In this document: positions 61,001 to 64,000 of the stretch, in pieces | Layout: each line of letters opens with the position of its first letter | Position numbering within the stretch: position 1 is the stretch's first letter | Position numbers and translations under genes: made by a program | The notes under the pieces: model-generated | Databases searched by the model: none | What the model was told of the DNA's origin: nothing | What the model saw: only the letters and a program-made list of their open reading frames with translations | Assembly (NCBI RefSeq): GCF_000143415.4 | Contig: NW_003314262.1 | Span: forward strand, 5,082,389 to 5,146,388 | DNA: 64,000 nucleotides | From: Selaginella moellendorffii | Taxonomy: Eukaryota > Plantae > Lycopodiophyta | Reading direction: 5' to 3'

Positions 61001-63764
61001 TCCAAGTATGCTCACCCTATAATCCCACACACCGGGATTACATTGTTGCTTATGGGCCCTTACATGCCCATCACTAGCCTTGCCAAAATTCCATTTTTGG
61101 CTTTGTCCAATTCGAGTAGACAATCTTCTTTTGTCTCCGCCACCTTGGACATTTGGATAACACCTTCTATCCATCATTCGTTAGGGACTTAGTCCCTTGG
61201 GCCTTATCTATTGCCCTTGCCACATCAAACACCACCTCCTGGTGTTCTAGAGTGTTCGGGTGTCCTAATGATGGCTTCCTTGACAATGAGTATTTCCTTT
61301 TATGACATTGACTTACTATATCGCAACATAAGCAACTTATCCCCCGTAAGGGTATATCCAACTTCCCTATGCCATTAAGAAGGCTTGGGTAGCTACCTTC
61401 TACCCATTTAACCAATTATTTTGCACCTCTCGCTTAGTTGCCTCATAGTTGTCAAGTCCTACAACTCATTGCTGGTGCTTCCACACCTCCATCATTATCT
61501 GTTGCACCACACTCTAATTGCATGCTCTGCAGCTTAGGCTATGCCATTCCCATTTCCATTGGGATTCCTTTGGCAAGGGGTTCTCATGAACCCACCAACA
61601 TAGCCTCAAGGTATCACACCTTGGCACATTTGGTGTCTCCACACCATCGGCTCCACGAGCCTACCTCTATAACACTTTTTTTTTGTGTCTAAGTCTTTGC
61701 CAAGACCAATACCGCTCTTTCTCATGCCAACCATCTGTTAACACGGCACTATAGAGGTCATACACAACTTTGTGTCAAAGTTGTTTCCTTTGCCATCGAT
61801 GAGATACCCTCTGTTCTCATCCTTGGATCCTATGATCCCCCCCCCCCCCCATCCTTCGTGGGGTACAACACACCTCAGTCCAAATGCTCCTATCAATCCT
61901 TTTAGGACCATTCCTTGACTCTACTTGAGTCATCCAGCAGTTTTGGACTTGGTTAATCCACAGATCCGTAAGGTCCTACTTGTGAGGCACTAACTCACTG
62001 GAATGCACTTTTTGCATTCCTGTCTTACTCAAAAGGACTATTTTCACAAGTGTTACTCTGACACTTGATTTTGTTCTCTGGGGGAAACCTTTGCCCCTTA
62101 GGACTACTTTGTCCATGTGATGAGAATACCAACTCATCTCTAAGTACACCCCCCAACTCCTTGGGTTGTTCCAACATTTATTAAAGGTAGCCCCGGCTAC
62201 CATTTCAAGGACTTGCGTCCTCTTCCATATTTGACCTCCCACGATTATTACTTCTGGTCTCACATTCATGAGCACCAACCTCAATTATATGAGGATAATC
62301 TTGTGACTCCTTTATTGTTTTGGAGTCTACATCTTTCCCATGATCCCAGCTATAGTTGTTTACCACAACTACCTGAGCTAGTTTGCTGAGTCAAACGCTC
62401 ATCCGGATCACATCCTCAACTCTTTGAGGGAAACCTTATACCATTCCCAAGATCCTGAAGTCGTTCCCTTACTGGCCCTTTTCCATCCACCACATCGCGC
62501 ACAAGTTCACACATGAACTTGAGCGGAGAGTCATGTCCTCTCGACATGCTACTCGTCGAGGATAGGTCCACATTTAGGACCTTCCAATTCCAATACAAGT
62601 GGTGATATACTTGGCCACCAATAATAGTCGGACTAAGGAACAGCTCCGATACCAAGTTGTAAGAGACTAATTTTTCCATTCTACTTTAGTCACTTAACCA
62701 CACCTTCGACCACTTGGAGGGTCTCACTCACCACCTCCTTAAGTCCAATTCAGGACTTGGACTTGCTAGCCCCGAGAATGGCATCCATGCCACTCATCCC
62801 TTACACTTAATCCAAGTGCTCCACGTGTCCGGTCCCAAGATCGACACCCCAAGGTACCACCGACATATTAGCCCGTTACGCTAAGGCCATGCCCCTTTAC
62901 CTTGGTCATACCGGTGGTCTAACACCACCTGCATCACAATCCCGTCTCTCAAGGACTGGACCATCTGTCCATGAGTGATCATTCCAGATCCACTCCTTAG
63001 CATCCTTAGGATGCCCGCAGACGTGGGGAATAGCCTTCCCCAATATCCCTCTGTCAGTCCCCACTAAGTCCCTTTCTGCCCCTGGTCGTGTTTGCCAACA
63101 CTACCACTGGATCGAGGCCCATAGGCCCGACCACTAAGTCCCACGGTCCTCTGGGACTTCCTCACCACACGACTGTGTCCTTGGTCACTACCCTAGAGGA
63201 CTGCTCCTCTTCCTTTCCACAGTCTGGGCCTTTGGGACAACATTTCGGAACACTGTGGCCTTACGCGAGCCACCTGGGTACTCTCCTCGCCTTCTGCCCT
63301 TGGGTGCTCTAGCCATGGGCTTAGAGCGGGTTCCGTTGAGCCACACTAGGTATCCAAGTAGGTAGTGCCACCCACACTTGGACTGGGAGCATCGGCCAGT
63401 CGATCTCCCGGGGGAACTAGAGCCGGCTCTTGAACACTTCACCAAGCTACCCCGCTTGTCGGTCCGTGTTCACTCTAGTCTTGGACTTCCCAGTGGGCAG
63501 CTCATCACCCAACACTGGGTCCGGCCTTCCTGGGCCAAACTGGCCTTTCCTGGCCAAACTGGCTCCACTGCAGTCCTCCCCCTTACTATACTTTTGGAGC
63601 TCACCAAACCCCCCAGGGTCTGGGAGACGAACGCTTTGGGCTTTCACCCTCTCAGGCTCCGGACTCGGACTTGGACTCGGACTCGGACTCGGACTCGGAC
63701 TCGGATTCGGACTCGGACTCGGGCTCGGGCTCGGTCTCGGCCTCGGCCTCGGTCTCGGTCCCGA

Positions 63765-63802
<38 letters not shown>

Positions 63803-64000
63803 CCGGTCTCGGTCTCGACTTCGGACTCCATCTCAGACTCCATCTCGGACTCCATCTCAGACTCCATCTTGGGTCCATCTCGGGTCCATCTCGGACTCCA
63901 TCTCGGACTCCATCTCGGGTCCATCTCGGACTCCAACTCGGGTCCATCTCGGGTCCACCTCGGACTCCATCTCGGACTCCACTTCGGACTCCAACTCGGG
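56860..64000 (-). mobile_element. Non-autonomous family-B LTR retrotransposon (5' LTR runs off the window)
   Basis: LTRs 56860-58587 and 62658->64000. iMet PBS (TGGTATCGGAGC on minus) at 62643-62654. PPT-like actccaccaccca at 58588. The ~4 kb interior has no long ORF. Confidence 0.9.
57840..58352. repeat. Compound hexamer/11-12mer tandem array inside the family-B LTR (also 52421-52745 and 63655-64000)
   Basis: (GACTCG)n, (GTCTCG)n, then GGACTCCATCTC / GGGTCCATCTC units. Confidence 0.95.

Overview
This is plant nuclear DNA. The compact genes with very short (~45-65 nt) GT-AG introns, the PLS-type PPR and the transposon repertoire suggest a lycophyte such as Selaginella; this is inferred, not verified. 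There are four zones. (1) 1-4 kb: a pectin methylesterase (cut off by the window start) and a UDP-glucuronate 4-epimerase. (2) ~4-30 kb: a transposon block. It holds a decayed Penelope-like (Chlamys/Naiad-type RT) retroelement in partial tandem with a second, large unknown ORF, split by a young non-coding LTR element (TSD GATAT). It also holds two 5S-rRNA-bearing Cassandra-type TRIMs, another TRIM, a chromovirus relic, and a non-autonomous Helitron carrying PPR fragments. (3) 30-50.2 kb: a dense gene island with DUO3-like, ICE1/SCRM-like bHLH, an aspartic protease pseudogene, a PLS-E PPR, two tandem GT92/GALS genes each preceded by a divergently oriented conserved small basic ORF, chorismate mutase, V-ATPase subunit c, and a GNAT-BRCT gene with a triplicated micro-exon. 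(4) 52-64 kb: a four-deep nest of two non-coding LTR families. All alignments and identities were done by eye and are approximate.
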